Below, in pieces: positions 12,678-25,280 of a stretch of DNA of 64,000 nt. The translations under genes were made by a program, and so were the position numbers. This DNA comes from Tubulanus polymorphus (lineage: Eukaryota > Animalia > Nemertea), in NCBI RefSeq assembly GCF_964204645.1, contig NC_134026.1, positions 3,309,950 to 3,373,949 on the forward strand, written 5' to 3'. The stretch's first letter is position 1. Each line of letters opens with the position of its first letter. The notes below the pieces were generated by a model. That model searched no databases, was not told the origin of the DNA, and was given only the letters and a program-made list of their open reading frames with translations.

Positions 12678-15600
12678 TTAATAAGCCGCATAAAAAGCAT
12701 AAGCAAGCCCTGGAACAGGAATCGAGGGATACAGAACCGGTCTGATAATGTCGTCTGGGGTGTACATTCTTTGATCGTCTTTGACTAGAACTTTGACCGC
12801 CACTTTTCTCGCGGACGATGGCAACGCTTGCTCCTGTTGCATTTGTTTGCGCTTCGTTTTATATCGACGGTTTTGGAACCAGATTTTTACCTGCGTTTCC
12901 GTTAGTTTTAGCGCCTGTGCCAGATCGGCTCTTTCGGGCCCGGATAGGTATCGTTGATGGCTGAAGCGACGTTCCAGTTCAAAAACCTGTGCGTGCGAAA
13001 ATGCCGCTCGACTTCGCTTTTTCCTCGGTCGTTGCAGTGACATCGCGACTTCTGTAGGAGGCTTTGACATCGAGTCGCGTGGATTTCTGATGGATGCGGT
13101 TTCAGGATCAACTGAAAGATACAGATTTGAAAATCATATTTATGATTACGTAATTAGAAATTTATTTACAATGACAAAAGTTTTCACGAAATGAAAACAA
13201 GAAAAAAACGTAAACACAATTCCCACATTGGTCATTACGTTGTTATTTACCTCGCATATAATGCCACCTTAGGAGGTTAATCTTTTGTTTTCTGAATAAT
13301 GATGACTCATAAAAAAATGTTGTTATTTTCAAAATCATTTGATTTCTAAGAATATCTATCACTCGTCTGGACGAACAGAAATCAACATTCGTAATCAATT
13401 TAGGCATTCGTTTGAGTGTTCCTTCGGCGGAGAGCTTGGCATTGAAAGAAACGCCCAATTCTGAGGTTTAAATCGCTATAAGTCCCAGTGAGTGTTTCTA
13501 GATTTTTCATTTATTTTTGAAAACACCACAAACTGTTCGCTACGCGGATTATGTACAGAATTTCCGTGAATAACAACGTAAGACTTTGGAGAGGATTAAA
13601 CACGAAATTTCTCAAGGGTGGTCGATATGAAACCCTTAGCGTTGTGTTTCATGCTTGGTAAGCGATTTCTCAGGTGTCGAGTATCTTTCGCGGATTAATT
13701 CGGCCGGGTTTTTTTGCGGATGTATACAAGTGCAACTTAAGTAGACCGCGATTAATAGATTAAGTGAGACCGTAAGAGCGATTTTTCTCGGCATCCCGTA
13801 TATACACGCTCACATCTGGCTACCAAAGATCCCCACTAGGACTGATGCTAAAACATTGGTGTTATTTTACGGCACTTCGAGTACTAGTCAGACGCGAAAA
13901 GAAGACAGAATTGCCCCAAGCAGAGAACGGATTCGGTCGATGCTACAATTTTATCAGTCAACTGTTTACCAACATAAAACATCGCTTCAACACCGAACTG
14001 TATAAAATGTTTTTTTTTTGTTGCTTTTTCGCATTAAAAGATCATAAAAGCTCGATTCTTTCAGCCATAGAATCCAAAAGCTAAGTACAAACATTCGCTA
14101 AATGCAGTTCGTCATCTGTATAAGATTGCAGCTGGCATTTTTCTGTGGGATTTCCTGAAATAACCTTAGGCGAAAATATCCAGACGATGGGTACCAACTT
14201 GATCGTGGAACTGTCTCTTATAGGACCCAATTTCAAGTTTTAATGAAGTGATGATGAAATCAAAAATGATAGGAATGATCCCAGAGCATTAACAAGAACA
14301 ATTGTCAAACTTTTCAATATGCACGATGACATCAAATTCGCCATCGATCCACGAAAACATGCTAGAATTAAAGGGTTACTGTAGGGTGCTATTAAAACTG
14401 TGCCATTTCATTTCTTTGAACAGTGAAGTGAATATTTGAATATTTCTTTTCAAACAATTTCTTCTTTCAAAAGTTCGAAGGTGCATACACAGGAGACGCA
14501 AAAGTTTTTTGCTTAGTAGACTATATATAGACTGAAATGATCTTATCTATAATATGTGCTTAGTCTATAACCGATATTGTGATCGTTTCAACTGATCAAA
14601 CCTGTACATCACGCGTGCCAGATAAAACGAATTCTTAATGAAATATTACGTAAACCGATCGTGAAAATTCTCAGATGTTGAGTGGAGGAAATGATTGATA
14701 AGTTGAGTAAAGAGCGGTAATTGAGTTGGCTGACATGAGCTGTGTAAAATTCACCTGTAACACTGTTCGTCGGGATGAGAGCGAAGCGTTCACTCTAAAG
14801 ACATTGCCAATCGTGTTCAGTTCAGTTCGGACAAACCAATTTAGATAAGCGTTCGAATCTTCAAAGATCCGACCCGACAACATTCGGTATGATCAATGCT
14901 CAACAAAATCGTTTGATTTTAATGTTGCGAACACTCGTGAGATTATTGCAGCTAAACGCGTCAGAATCCGCGTCCACGTTTTAGTTATGGTTTATTATCA
15001 TTACATCCGCTTTATCTTCTAAAATGAATTATATATATTCTTCTCATATCATTAAGTTTATACCTCTCCACTCATCCCGGGTGGTACTGACTACTCAAAT
15101 TGTTACGAGTTTTTTTTTCTCACGGAATTTTTCTATCGATAGTTGGTTCGGCTCAAAAACCTCGCAATTTTCCACATCTGAGAAAACCTCCAAATATTTA
15201 GACGATGTTAATACAGAAAATGTGGCAAAAATCTAGAAAATTAAAACCGTATTTTACCTACGGAAGGATGCCTGCATAATTCCGTGTATATCAGATGGAT
15301 AGATAAAACATTTTTAACAGTACAGACTTTGTGGACATCAATTTCGAAAAACACTTTCGAGAAATTCTGGAAATATTTTTTCCAAACATTTTTCTTTAAA
15401 ATCTCTGCTATCCAAGGTGGATCAAGAAGGGGCGGACTTCAAAATTGGAGTGGGCACTCAATCTGATGCAGATTTGGCAATGTGAGGGCTGCAAGGGCGA
15501 AAATTGGTGTGAGCTTCTGGTGGCCCTCCCACAAAAAAATTAGGACAAGATGGGCTCCGATGGCCCTCATCACGCCCTATTTGGATTTATCTTTTGTCAT

Positions 15601-17020
15601 TTTAAAAGTTTCTTTGCAAAAAAAGTTTCCAGACTTTTAGGAGGGCACATTCGAATTTTCAATTACAATTTTGAATCTACATTCAATTCTTTCTCTAGTC
15701 AAACTATATATTTTGACTAGAGGACTTTCTGATGCTTGGAAAAATTGTATATCTTTTTTTGGAGCAATAAACTAAACTTGAACTTGAACTTGAATAGAAT
15801 TGAATTAGGTAGCAAGGGCGGATTTAGGGGGATGGACTGGGTGGACTAGTCTACCCCCTCAAATCCACCCTTCCACCCTTTCTGTCTAATTCAATTCTTC
15901 AAAAAAGTCTAAATCAATTCGATGTAAATTTCTGAAAGCTACTTTTGATCCTCCATAATGTATCCCTCTAAAATCACTAAATACCAAATTATATATTATC
16001 ATTATCATTGTATACGACTGTATTGCCATCAAATTTGTGTTACATATTGGTGAACTGTAAACTTTGCACAATAAAAAAGAAATGGTGATGAGTGTGAATA
16101 AATCGGTCGTGAAAACCAGGGACCAGTTTTATGGACACGTGTTAACTCAGCATAGACAATAGAGTACTTATATGAATTCCTCCCGGAAATTCGAGGGAAA
16201 ATTCGCTTGAAGTAGAAAGTTCTGCAAAAACCCAGCCGCGGATATACGCAAATCATGTGTGAATGAACTTTGAATTTACAAAAATACAATATTCACACTT
16301 TCATTTACCTTTATCTGCTCGTGCAACCAAACCCTTTTCATTAGACTCGCGTCAATTGGGTCCTCGTACAGTATTCAAAACTCACATATCATGAAGTATA
16401 GAATAAATGATAGCCTACCAAAATTCCAATTTTGAATTTTGAAAATTAAGAAATCGCCTCCTCGTATATTTGAGAATTACACGTATATATAACGCGTCAT
16501 TCAAATATTCTATTTGTTAGAAAGTTATGTTTAGCTTCGTGTTGTCGTATTCAACAAACGCTGATATATACAACTTACCATTAACTGATGCCAATCTTTC
16601 GTCGTTCACATCCATGGCATCCACGTGTTTTTCGCTCATGTTTCCCTTTACATATGCGATTGATTCCAGTTTCACCGGAGCGAGAGATACCTCTTCATTA
16701 CCTGTATCGAGCGTGTCTGTCGGCATTTTTTCATCATGACATGTAACGTCCAGCTCGTCTCTGCAGGATATGCCCTCGGACAGATCGGTCGGGGTCTGCG
16801 GTCGCTTGTCGGCTATTACCGCGCTTTCGACCGACATGCGAGAGGTTGCCAGCAAACTCAGTTCAAAAGGTTTTTCGCGTTGCGGTTTGATCGCTACCCA
16901 TGGAGAGTACGGAGAAGATACTGTGTCTGAAAAATGCATCCTCGTGACGGGCAAACAAAATTTTCGGCAACCAACGTCTTTAGCTGTCAAAATGCTATCG
17001 ATGGAAAATTTAGAGTTCAT
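12678..17020 (-). CDS. NKX3-2: NK3-class homeobox protein (bagpipe/NKX3-2); exons 17020-16579 and 13111-12678
   Basis: Exon 1 starts [11 protein letters not shown] (TN/eh1 motif). A phase-1 GT-AG intron joins in frame to the homeodomain [59 protein letters not shown] (Tyr54, NK class) and the NK2-SD/Bap motif [14 protein letters not shown]. Confidence 0.95.
15797..15898. repeat. Short fold-back element in the NK3 intron
   Basis: Nested inverted arms AGAATTGAATTAG/CTAATTCAATTCT, AAGGGCGGATTT/AAATCCACCCTT and AGGGGG..GGACT/AGTCTACCCCCT. Confidence 0.65.
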
Positions 17021-19102
17021 TGTCACCCTGTTTTTCGGCAATGTTTTTACCGCTATTGAAAAAAAACCCAGCTAAATATATCAGTTTCCTCTGTTATAAC
17101 CAATCGAACAAATACATCTGCGTACAAAGACGTCATCGACGAAAATCGAATAGAACAAAATATGAAAAATTCTGAAGGATTTGTAAATTTATACACAGCA
17201 ACGACAGCGGTATAAGACCACGTGATAATTTAGCCGAGTGTCGGATACTCATCCGCCTTCCTCCGTCAGTAATATACGCGGGAAAACCGCAACCGCAGAC
17301 GATGCAAGGCGTGGCTGATTAACGATTGGTTGCATTTACAAGTAGAACGATATCATTATATCATATAATAAAATAACGAGGTAATATTTTCCCACACACC
17401 GAAGATTCTAGTTTTCATGTGTATGTTTTAGGGTTTGCCGTCGGGTAATATTTTTTTCATACGTATACGTTTTTTAATGTTCAGAAATGATTTTTGTTTC
17501 GGTACGATACAGTTAAGGAATATTGAAATTAAGCAATGTTGCGTTGTATCATACTTATGGAATGGAAATATACCCCATCTGAAAGGGGTCAACTAATATG
17601 TATATATAAAAGTATAAACACAAAAAATGATGGCAATTCAAATACGAAAATAATTCCATTTTAAATATTCCTGAATGAAATTATGATGTTTTTGGTGATA
17701 TCTAACTTTTTCAGTTTTGTTTTTATTCGGTGTAGCCGTTCGTTGTAAGTGTAAACGGCGCGCGTATATAGCCATTGGATACGCGTATGTTCTCACGATC
17801 AGATAGAATTTTCTCCGCTGTAAAACAAAAAAAAAAGGAAGAAATCACACACGAAAACCACGCGATAAACCATAATCCAAATCGATTCGCATGAAACTTC
17901 TACTTTAGCGTCACTTTGTGCGCGCACCTCTTAATCAGGCATCATTTATTAATTAATTTGCGAGCGGTAATCGCCTGCTGGATTTATATAGGATTTTAAT
18001 GGCAGTTAATTTCCTGAAAACACTTACTGTATGAAGGGGATTAACGAAACGAGACACTTTTCGTCGGTACCGCTAAGTCGTGAGTTGGGAAATAGACATC
18101 TTTTATGTCGATTGATGCAAATCTAAAGCATATGGTCGACCGAATTAACTCGTTAGGCTCTAATTATTTCAATTGAGTTAATCGTGTTTGTCACCGTGGG
18201 CTTCTTTCAGGGAGGCCAATTTTCAGATCACAAATCCTCGCATCTCTCTATCTCTTGAGTAGATCAATCAAACTGTGTCACTGATTTTCCGGTATTTTGG
18301 TCCGTTCTATTGTCACTGATTAGAAAATATCAACTGTCATAACGATGTAAGCCTGCAGGTTATTCTCAGCTGCCTTATATTTTCTCGGATTTTTACAAAC
18401 GATGTGTGATAAATACAATATTGTACTGTAATATGTTTATTCTTTCCGAATTAAGGTTTGAAATGGATGTTCAAAAAATTGCATATAAATCAACTGCAAA
18501 CTAATAGAAAAACTTTATCGAACGACTTCCAAGAAGATGGTTTAAACTATTCACGAACAATCATCCGACCACTCGATCACCGATGGCTATATGTTAGTGC
18601 GCGACTGACGGGCCATGAAATAAATAACCAAACCATAAGTTGCGACAAATTCATCTAGCGCGCGATATTATAGGTACCGTCTATCCCTCTCCTGAAGCAA
18701 AACGATTCTTAATCCTCTTTACCTGAGCCAAATCCGCCACCAATTTCATAACAATCTGTTTTGTGCGGCACACCATTTCATTGAAAGCAATCAGGGAAAT
18801 GGCAATTACACGAGAGAGAAGACGTGCAGTAAAGCTGCTTAAGTCGACGAGCCAGGAGCGAGTTTTAACCCCGGTAAATTGCTGAGTTCGTTATCTGTTT
18901 AACGTCAAACCCTTCATACACCAAACCAGCAGCTATGGGGACAAATAAATCGGGTATCGTCTTTTTTTCTGCCAGGATTGAGCTAATACTGGCTAAATAT
19001 GGTTCCATCATCGCCAATTAATGCTTATGGCATTTAACCTCATTCGACAACTCACTGGCAGACGATGGACTCGTTTTAGAGTCTATGGATAAAGTCTTGG
19101 AT

Positions 19103-19343
19103 CAGGGGTGGATCCAGGAAAGGTTTTCCGTACTGTAATGCTGAATGTATATATATGAAAAAAATGCGTACAAATTTTATGCGTACGTTATAAATGAATG
19201 ATCCCTTACTACGCTAAACCATGCCAAACGAGGTCACTTTTACGTCTTTAGGGCACTTTTATACGTCTACGGATTTAGGGGCATCTCCAAGTAGCTCGAC
19301 GGTATTGCAAAACCCTCGGACATCCCCCCTGGGTCCACCCCTG
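19103..19343. mobile_element. MITE with CAGGGGTGGATCCAGG terminal inverted repeats
   Basis: CAGGGGTGGATCCAGG ... CCTGGGTCCACCCCTG (one mismatch). No clear target-site duplication. Confidence 0.7.
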
Positions 19344-20020
19344 TAGATAGTGGTTAACTCCTTGATGATTTATTTAAAACAAATTTCGACCTGTTGATAA
19401 ATTTTCGGCTTTTTTAATTGTGGAACATATATATATACTCTCGATGTCTTTGACCTGGTCCAAATCGTAAAAACATCTGAAAGAGTTATCATAAGTTCTT
19501 AACTTCTTGCACATAATAAATAATAGCTTTTGGCAGTTTTTAAGACGATTAATAGAAACCTCGGTGACGACAGTTAATAATATATCATTTGATCGATAAA
19601 TCGGGCCGACTTTTATGGCGTTACCTCAGTGGGTTGCGTGTAGCCGCGCCAAGTCTGTACTTAGGATGTCATTAGAAACAAAGAGCGGCAAATTGCGCTA
19701 GCGTGACGATTAGGCGCTAATAGCAAGAACGTGTTCGTAAGGCAAAATGTGTTCTCATCACGTGAAAACCTTTCGAAAAGTACCCGCTGATAACTTCCTA
19801 GTATCGCATGGGGAGCGAAAAAATTCTTTGCTAATAACTGTGATTTACGTCACACTTGCAGAATGCGCATTTTGGTGTTGGTACGAAAATAAAAGAACCG
19901 TACAATGATTTGCTTGAAATTGGTGCGATTATTTCTACCAAAAGCAAAAATATCTTGCAAAGGATGAAAGATTGGTACCATTAGTGTCAAAACAAAATTG
20001 TCAACAATTGATCAAAAACA

Positions 20021-20093
20021 AGGTTCCATCGGGTTTCGAACCCAAGACCTTCTGCGTGTTAAGCAGATGTGATAACCACTACACCATGGAACC
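20021..20093 (-). tRNA. tRNA-Val, anticodon AAC
   Basis: GGTTCCATGGTGTAGTGGTTATCACATCTGCTT-AAC-ACGCAGAAGGTCTTGGGTTCGAAACCCGATGGAACC: perfect 7-bp acceptor stem, 5-bp anticodon stem TCTGC/GCAGA, GGTTCGAA B-box, and a TTTTT Pol III terminator just downstream. Confidence 0.9.
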
Positions 20094-20427
20094 AGTTGTT
20101 TTGTAACGGCGTTAGTTAACTACTTATTCATTCAACAATATATATTCAGATAAAGTTTTGTATCGCCAAAGTGAATATTCATAATTGAACATGTAAAATG
20201 TTTGTGAGAGTGAATTGACTGTGTCAAAACAATAGAAACTGGCGTAATGTGCACTTTTAATTCAGTGTTTATCTTGGGATTCGAACCTAATTGTAATTTT
20301 CTGTGAACATTGACCAAATATAGAAACATGGCGGACGAGGAAAATTTCTAAAACCTTTAGTCTTTATTCAGTTTTTCCCTAATAATTCGATATTTAAGGC
20401 TCTGTTAATCTCGATTTCACATCAAAA

Positions 20428-23400
20428 ATGTCAAGTCTTTCGCTCCTCTCGTTAAACGTGTTGAAATCACGCGCCTGTACGAACAGTTTGCCTATGATTT
20501 CGTCAGTTATACGGAGGAGAAAATATGGAGTTTCTGCTGGCGGTGGTGGTGGTGGGGCTGCTGCTGGAGGTGGGGGAAACGCTGTCAGTGGTAGAAGGTA
20601 CGTATAATAAAACTGAGATTATTTACAGAATTTTTCAGTGACTAAAGTAAGCTTAAAGGGAGCAACTGCTGCAGTTTAGGTGTCCCTACTTCAATACCTA
20701 ACCTCCTACCTAGTAAACCAGATTACTCTTATAGTTTAAAAACACTAGCGCCACACAGTTAGTTTACAAGTAGGTTCTTTCATAAGAAAAATGTTTTTCT
20801 TGTAGACTCGTTGAAGTTGGTGTTTTCGAAGAGCCAAAATTACAGGGAAAATATGAAACTGGACAGGTAAATATGGCTAGCATGCATGGTCATCCATTCG
20901 ATTAGTTATCAGTTTGGGTGCAATTATTAAGTTAAGCAACCGTAGTGCAGTTTCCCACCTTTCTCTATCAAAAGTATGAAAAATCTGGTTTAATCCAGGC
21001 TGTAGATTCAATTTAACATGGAAGAAGGAAGACTGGTTATCATTTCTAGCTGTATTTTCTGATAGCATCATTCATTTTAAAACATATTCTTTTATTTTCT
21101 ATTAGGTTTTGTTACACAAAGTTTTCGGCTACCGAGGAATTGTCCTGTTTCCATGGGTTGCTAAGGTTTACGACAAAGATATTAAAATGAATCAGAATGA
21201 TCCAAATAGGTTTGTGTTGACGCCTTCAATATCAATATCGATGAAATAAAACATAATTAATAAAATGATTCTTCAAATATTGATACTATTTATTGTAGAA
21301 ATCTTGATGATCCTAATGTTATATTGAATAAAGAAACACGCGCCCAGAGCCAAACTTATTACCAAGTTCTCATAGATTCGAGGGATTGCCCATTTATTGT
21401 AAGTCACATGAAAATCATCCTCGCTTGCCAGGGGTCAGGTATCACTCCCGAACTCGCTTCCACCAGCCCCCTGGCCTCATGAAGCGTGATTTCATTACTG
21501 GCGCTGTTGCGCATGACGTCATATATCGATTTGCGAAATACTTCCTTGTTCAGTAAAACGTTCGCTGATTGGTCTATTTAACGGGAAAACTATAGAAGCC
21601 TAAAGTCGTTTGTTACAAGCGCTGTGATTGGTACGACCGGATTCTGGTCGGCTAGTAACGACTCCAACGACTCGTGAGGTCAAGTGGTTCGGCGAACAGC
21701 TTTAGTGTAGTGGGTTCAAATCCCTTGACTGGTGAAGATGCATGAAAATGTAAATTTTTATTATCCCTCGATTGTCTGCCCAAATTATGAATCCCTGATT
21801 GCTGAAGTTTAGTTCATTGTCAATTACAAAGATGTTCGGTAATCCATCAACAAGACTCGCCAGTGGCTAATAATGATTGGGACTTAACTGTATATGTTGG
21901 GACCTTGAAAACTACAAATTTCACATCCAAGTTTCATGAAAAGTTATAGAAAATCTATTAAAATGTCTTTTTAAGCGTGCACAGTCAGAAGCCGTTACTT
22001 TCCTAGGAAATCAAGAAAACAGTCGATCCCTATATGCAATACCTGGTACGTATATGCGATTTCTAAAAAACTTCATAAACGTCTAATCTTTCTGAAAAAT
22101 ATCATATGAGGAGTGAATAATGTGAAGAAATGTTAATCTTTCGTGACAGGTTTGGATTATGTCGGTCATGAAGATGTCTTGCCATACAACTCTACCGAAA
22201 AACACCCGATTAAACACGAACTCTTTGAAAAATTTCTGATACACGATCCTGATAGTGGTGAGTTTATTGTATCATAGTAAACCCCTTTTATTCCATAGCG
22301 TTCGGACCAGATAAATTCCGTTTCAAAATAATATATACAGTAAAACCTCCCTTAATGAACTACACTAAACAGTGTTCCTGTATGTGTCAGTATATCTAGG
22401 CTGTTGTCAAATGATATATCCACCATTAATGGTTAATCACTGGGTAATTCAATTGAATGGTTACATATGTACCGTACTTATTGACTTAATTAATGACTTG
22501 CGTTACCACAAGGTGGCATGACATCAAGATACCTCTCCATAGCGAACACTCTTCCCCAGCAAACGTTTTCCAAGAACATAGGGTGTTTGTTGTAGAGAGG
22601 TTTTACCGTAAAAAGAAAAGGTTAAGAAATAAAAATATTTGTACTGCAAACATTGCCGAATGACCTGGAAGCACTGTATTAATGGGAATGAATCGTTTCA
22701 GATCCGCCGTTTATAGCCCGAGAGACTCTTCGGGCGTGGCAAGAGAAAAATCATCCTTGGTTAGAATTATCGGACGTTCATCGACAAACAACGGAAAATA
22801 TTCGTGTTACTGTGATACCATTTTATATGGGATCTCGGGTAAGAACCTTTTTCATTTCATAAATTCCATCGTTCACTGGAATGAATTGTGTCGAGACTTA
22901 AGATTCCTCGTCGATATTGATAAGCCTTTTTCAATAATTTTGTAAATTCTCATTCTAGGAATCCCAGCAGTCCCAGATTTACCTAGTAAGTTCTTTGAAT
23001 ATCTACGGCGTTCTAAATATAAGTTATCTTTCGTTTGTAATTTTAGCGCGGCACAGTCAATTGTAATTTTTTGTAATTTAAGTGGCGCTATTGTATTCGT
23101 TTGGAAAACCTTTCCGATCAAACTGTTAGACTTCGAGAACGACACTGGAAAATATACAGTCTGACTGGAACTTTAGAAACTGTCCGCGGGCGAGGTGTAG
23201 TTGGCCAGGTATGAATTTATGAATCTCGTACAGGGTCCGTGCGACTCCTTCATTCTGTAAAAACTCCTTCTGAACCAAAATGCTTTTAAAGGTGCTTGAA
23301 ACTCCTTTAATAAACTCCTTTAAAACTTCTTCAATTTTGAGAAATTAGAAATTTTTGTGGTGTTTGTATTGTATAGTAACTACCCCAAATTCAGTTCAGT

Positions 23401-24035
23401 CGGGACCAGAATTTTTTGCCCGATTAGGAGGTTACCGAATTTGGAGTTTCAATGTATAGGATGAACGTTTGCTTACAAAACCACAGAATTAGTGGTTTAC
23501 TGAGATAAACAGTACTGATTTAGGAGTTTACAGTAATTGGAAATGATATGAAAGTGATACGGACAATGCCTCGAAATTTGAAATTTTCTCCTTCAAAACT
23601 CCTTATATTTTGGAATGATCAGTAGGGGCCTTGTAGAAGTCCTTTGAATATTATCCGTTAGAGCAGTCCAAAGTTTCTACCCTTGAATCTGCTTTACTAA
23701 ACTCTTTCACATTTTGATACCTGCTTAACTTTATTTATTGTTATTTCACAGGAACCCAGTTTATCCAAGAAACAACCTGCCTTTCAATATAGCAGCCACG
23801 TATCACTACAAGCCCCTAGTGGACACATGTGGTAAGAATCTTAGAAATAAACTAAAAAGCTACTGTAGTATGTCATGAGTATTTCGTGATTGTCATGATC
23901 AATTGCTTTCTTGATGTTTATTTCAGGGGAACATTTGAAATGGAACGCGAGGATGGAACAACTTTTCAATGTATAATACCGCCATTTTTACTTGAGAGTA
24001 AAAGGAACGAAGATCAGCCTCAGAAGTTTTCATAA
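20428..24035 (+). CDS. POLDIP2: Polymerase delta-interacting protein 2 (YccV-like + ApaG domains), multi-exon
   Basis: Basic, Ser-rich N-terminal presequence, then VGVFEEPKLQGKYETGQ/VLLHKVFGYRGIVLFPW, TYYQVLIDSRDCP, IPGLDYVGHEDVLPY, WLELSDVH, ETVRGRGVVGQEP..QPAFQYSSHVSLQAPSGHMWGTF. TAA ends at 24035. Confidence 0.93.
21410..21745. mobile_element. Degenerate inverted-repeat element in a POLDIP2 intron; related fragment at ~27145-27240
   Basis: Left arm CATCCTCGCTTGCCAGGGG..GGCCTCATGA is an imperfect reverse complement of right arm TCGTGAGGTC..TCCCTTGACTGGTGAAGATG. A similar CATCCTCCCTCGCCAGGGATTCAAACC occurs in a myosin RLC intron. Confidence 0.45.
22338..22608. mobile_element. pogo/Tigger-like MITE with TA target site in a POLDIP2 intron
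   Basis: TA|CAGTAAAACCTC ... GAGGTTTTACCG|TA. Confidence 0.75.
23231..23633. mobile_element. CAGGGTCC-terminated DNA element carrying a nested MITE (~23374-23533); related fragment at ~27600-27668
   Basis: Ends CAGGGTCCGT..GTAGGGGCCTTG with internal ACTCCTT repeats. The reverse complement of 27600-27668 shares GAAAGTGAT..GACAAT.CCT..TTGAAATTTTCTC with ~23551-23590. The nested element has degenerate ends TAGTAAC..AAATTCAGT / ACTGATTTAGGAGTTTACAGTA. Confidence 0.6.
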
Positions 24036-25280
24036 TTCATGCTGCGTTACTTGCCCGTACTCATTACTGCCTGAAACTAACTAACTGAATATTTTTATCC
24101 AATTCTGTAATAAGAATAACATCCAAAGACCAAAATTTATTATCATCGTGTATATCTTTGTTTCTGATATAGAAAACTGTATTCTTAAGGTTAACAATAA
24201 TATTTCCTAACTGGAAATGACTTCGTTATTGCATTCACCGCAGGATTTAATCTCCAGTCGTGAGAACCTAATTTATTTCTTTCAAGGTTTTATTGCTCAG
24301 TTATGGATATTTATTTATCGATGTGCGTGGTTATGATTTGTTTTATTCATGGAATGTCTAGGTTGCTACTAATGTCATGAACGCTAAGATCGCGTGTGAT
24401 AGTGTATGCGGGTATGTTTGTAAACACATAACTTGGAGTGTATTTGTAAATAAAATGTAAATTGTATGAGTAATTATGTCATTCAATGGTCTTAGCTTTA
24501 TTTTTTGTGGAATCATTATCAACAAATCGTGGATTGTCTTAATATATCCAAGGACTGCAGACTGGGTTTTCGACACCAAGCAATAAACTGTTATATAATT
24601 CCTGAGTAGAGGAGCCTAACCAGTATTACTGTGTACTGCCAGATAAGTAGATTTTCTGGTCTCCTGTCTTGCATGAGGGTTGAATAGATATGATTAGAAT
24701 GCATTGGAAATAAGGTAGATTGCCATATTATGACTAGAGAGTTGATAATGAGAGTGAAATGAGCTTTCATAGCACTGCTGATTTCTCTGTCTGGTTTGTC
24801 TCTGTCGGCTGAATATAAAGTAGGCAGGTGTAATTGTTTACACAAAGGATTAAAACCGGTATTGAACCAGTACTGTTTATTCCAACAGTTGTAGGTTTTC
24901 ATTAAGGTCAATACACAGAATAGGACATTTAAACACTGCTATATATGATATTGCACATACCACAGTCATGGAGACTTCTTTGATATAAAGTTTGGTAGGT
25001 AGGTAGGTAGGTTAGTCACAAATATTCATTTGTTTGTTGTATAAAATTAATACAGTTATAATACTTTTTCATTGTAATGTAGTGGTAATCTAGATAACTG
25101 AATGTGAAGTAATCTAGATAACTGAAGCCAGTTTCTATATCTGTACATTTAAGTCACAATAATGATCAAGTTGATTTGCTTTGAAAGAAATATCTTACGG
25201 ATTGATGAATTTCATGCTATATTTCAGAATTTGTGGTTTGTTGTGGCACTATTAAGTATTGTATCATTCAAAATCTGAAA

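Noticed and set aside
16527-17075. Plus-strand ORFs overlapping NK3 exon 1
   Set aside because: Antisense shadows of a GC-richer coding exon.
25086-25127. Short direct duplications (GTAATCTAGATAACTGAA x2; similar cases at ~57868-57909 and ~62281-62332)
   Set aside because: Two-copy slippage duplications in non-coding DNA with no sign of function.
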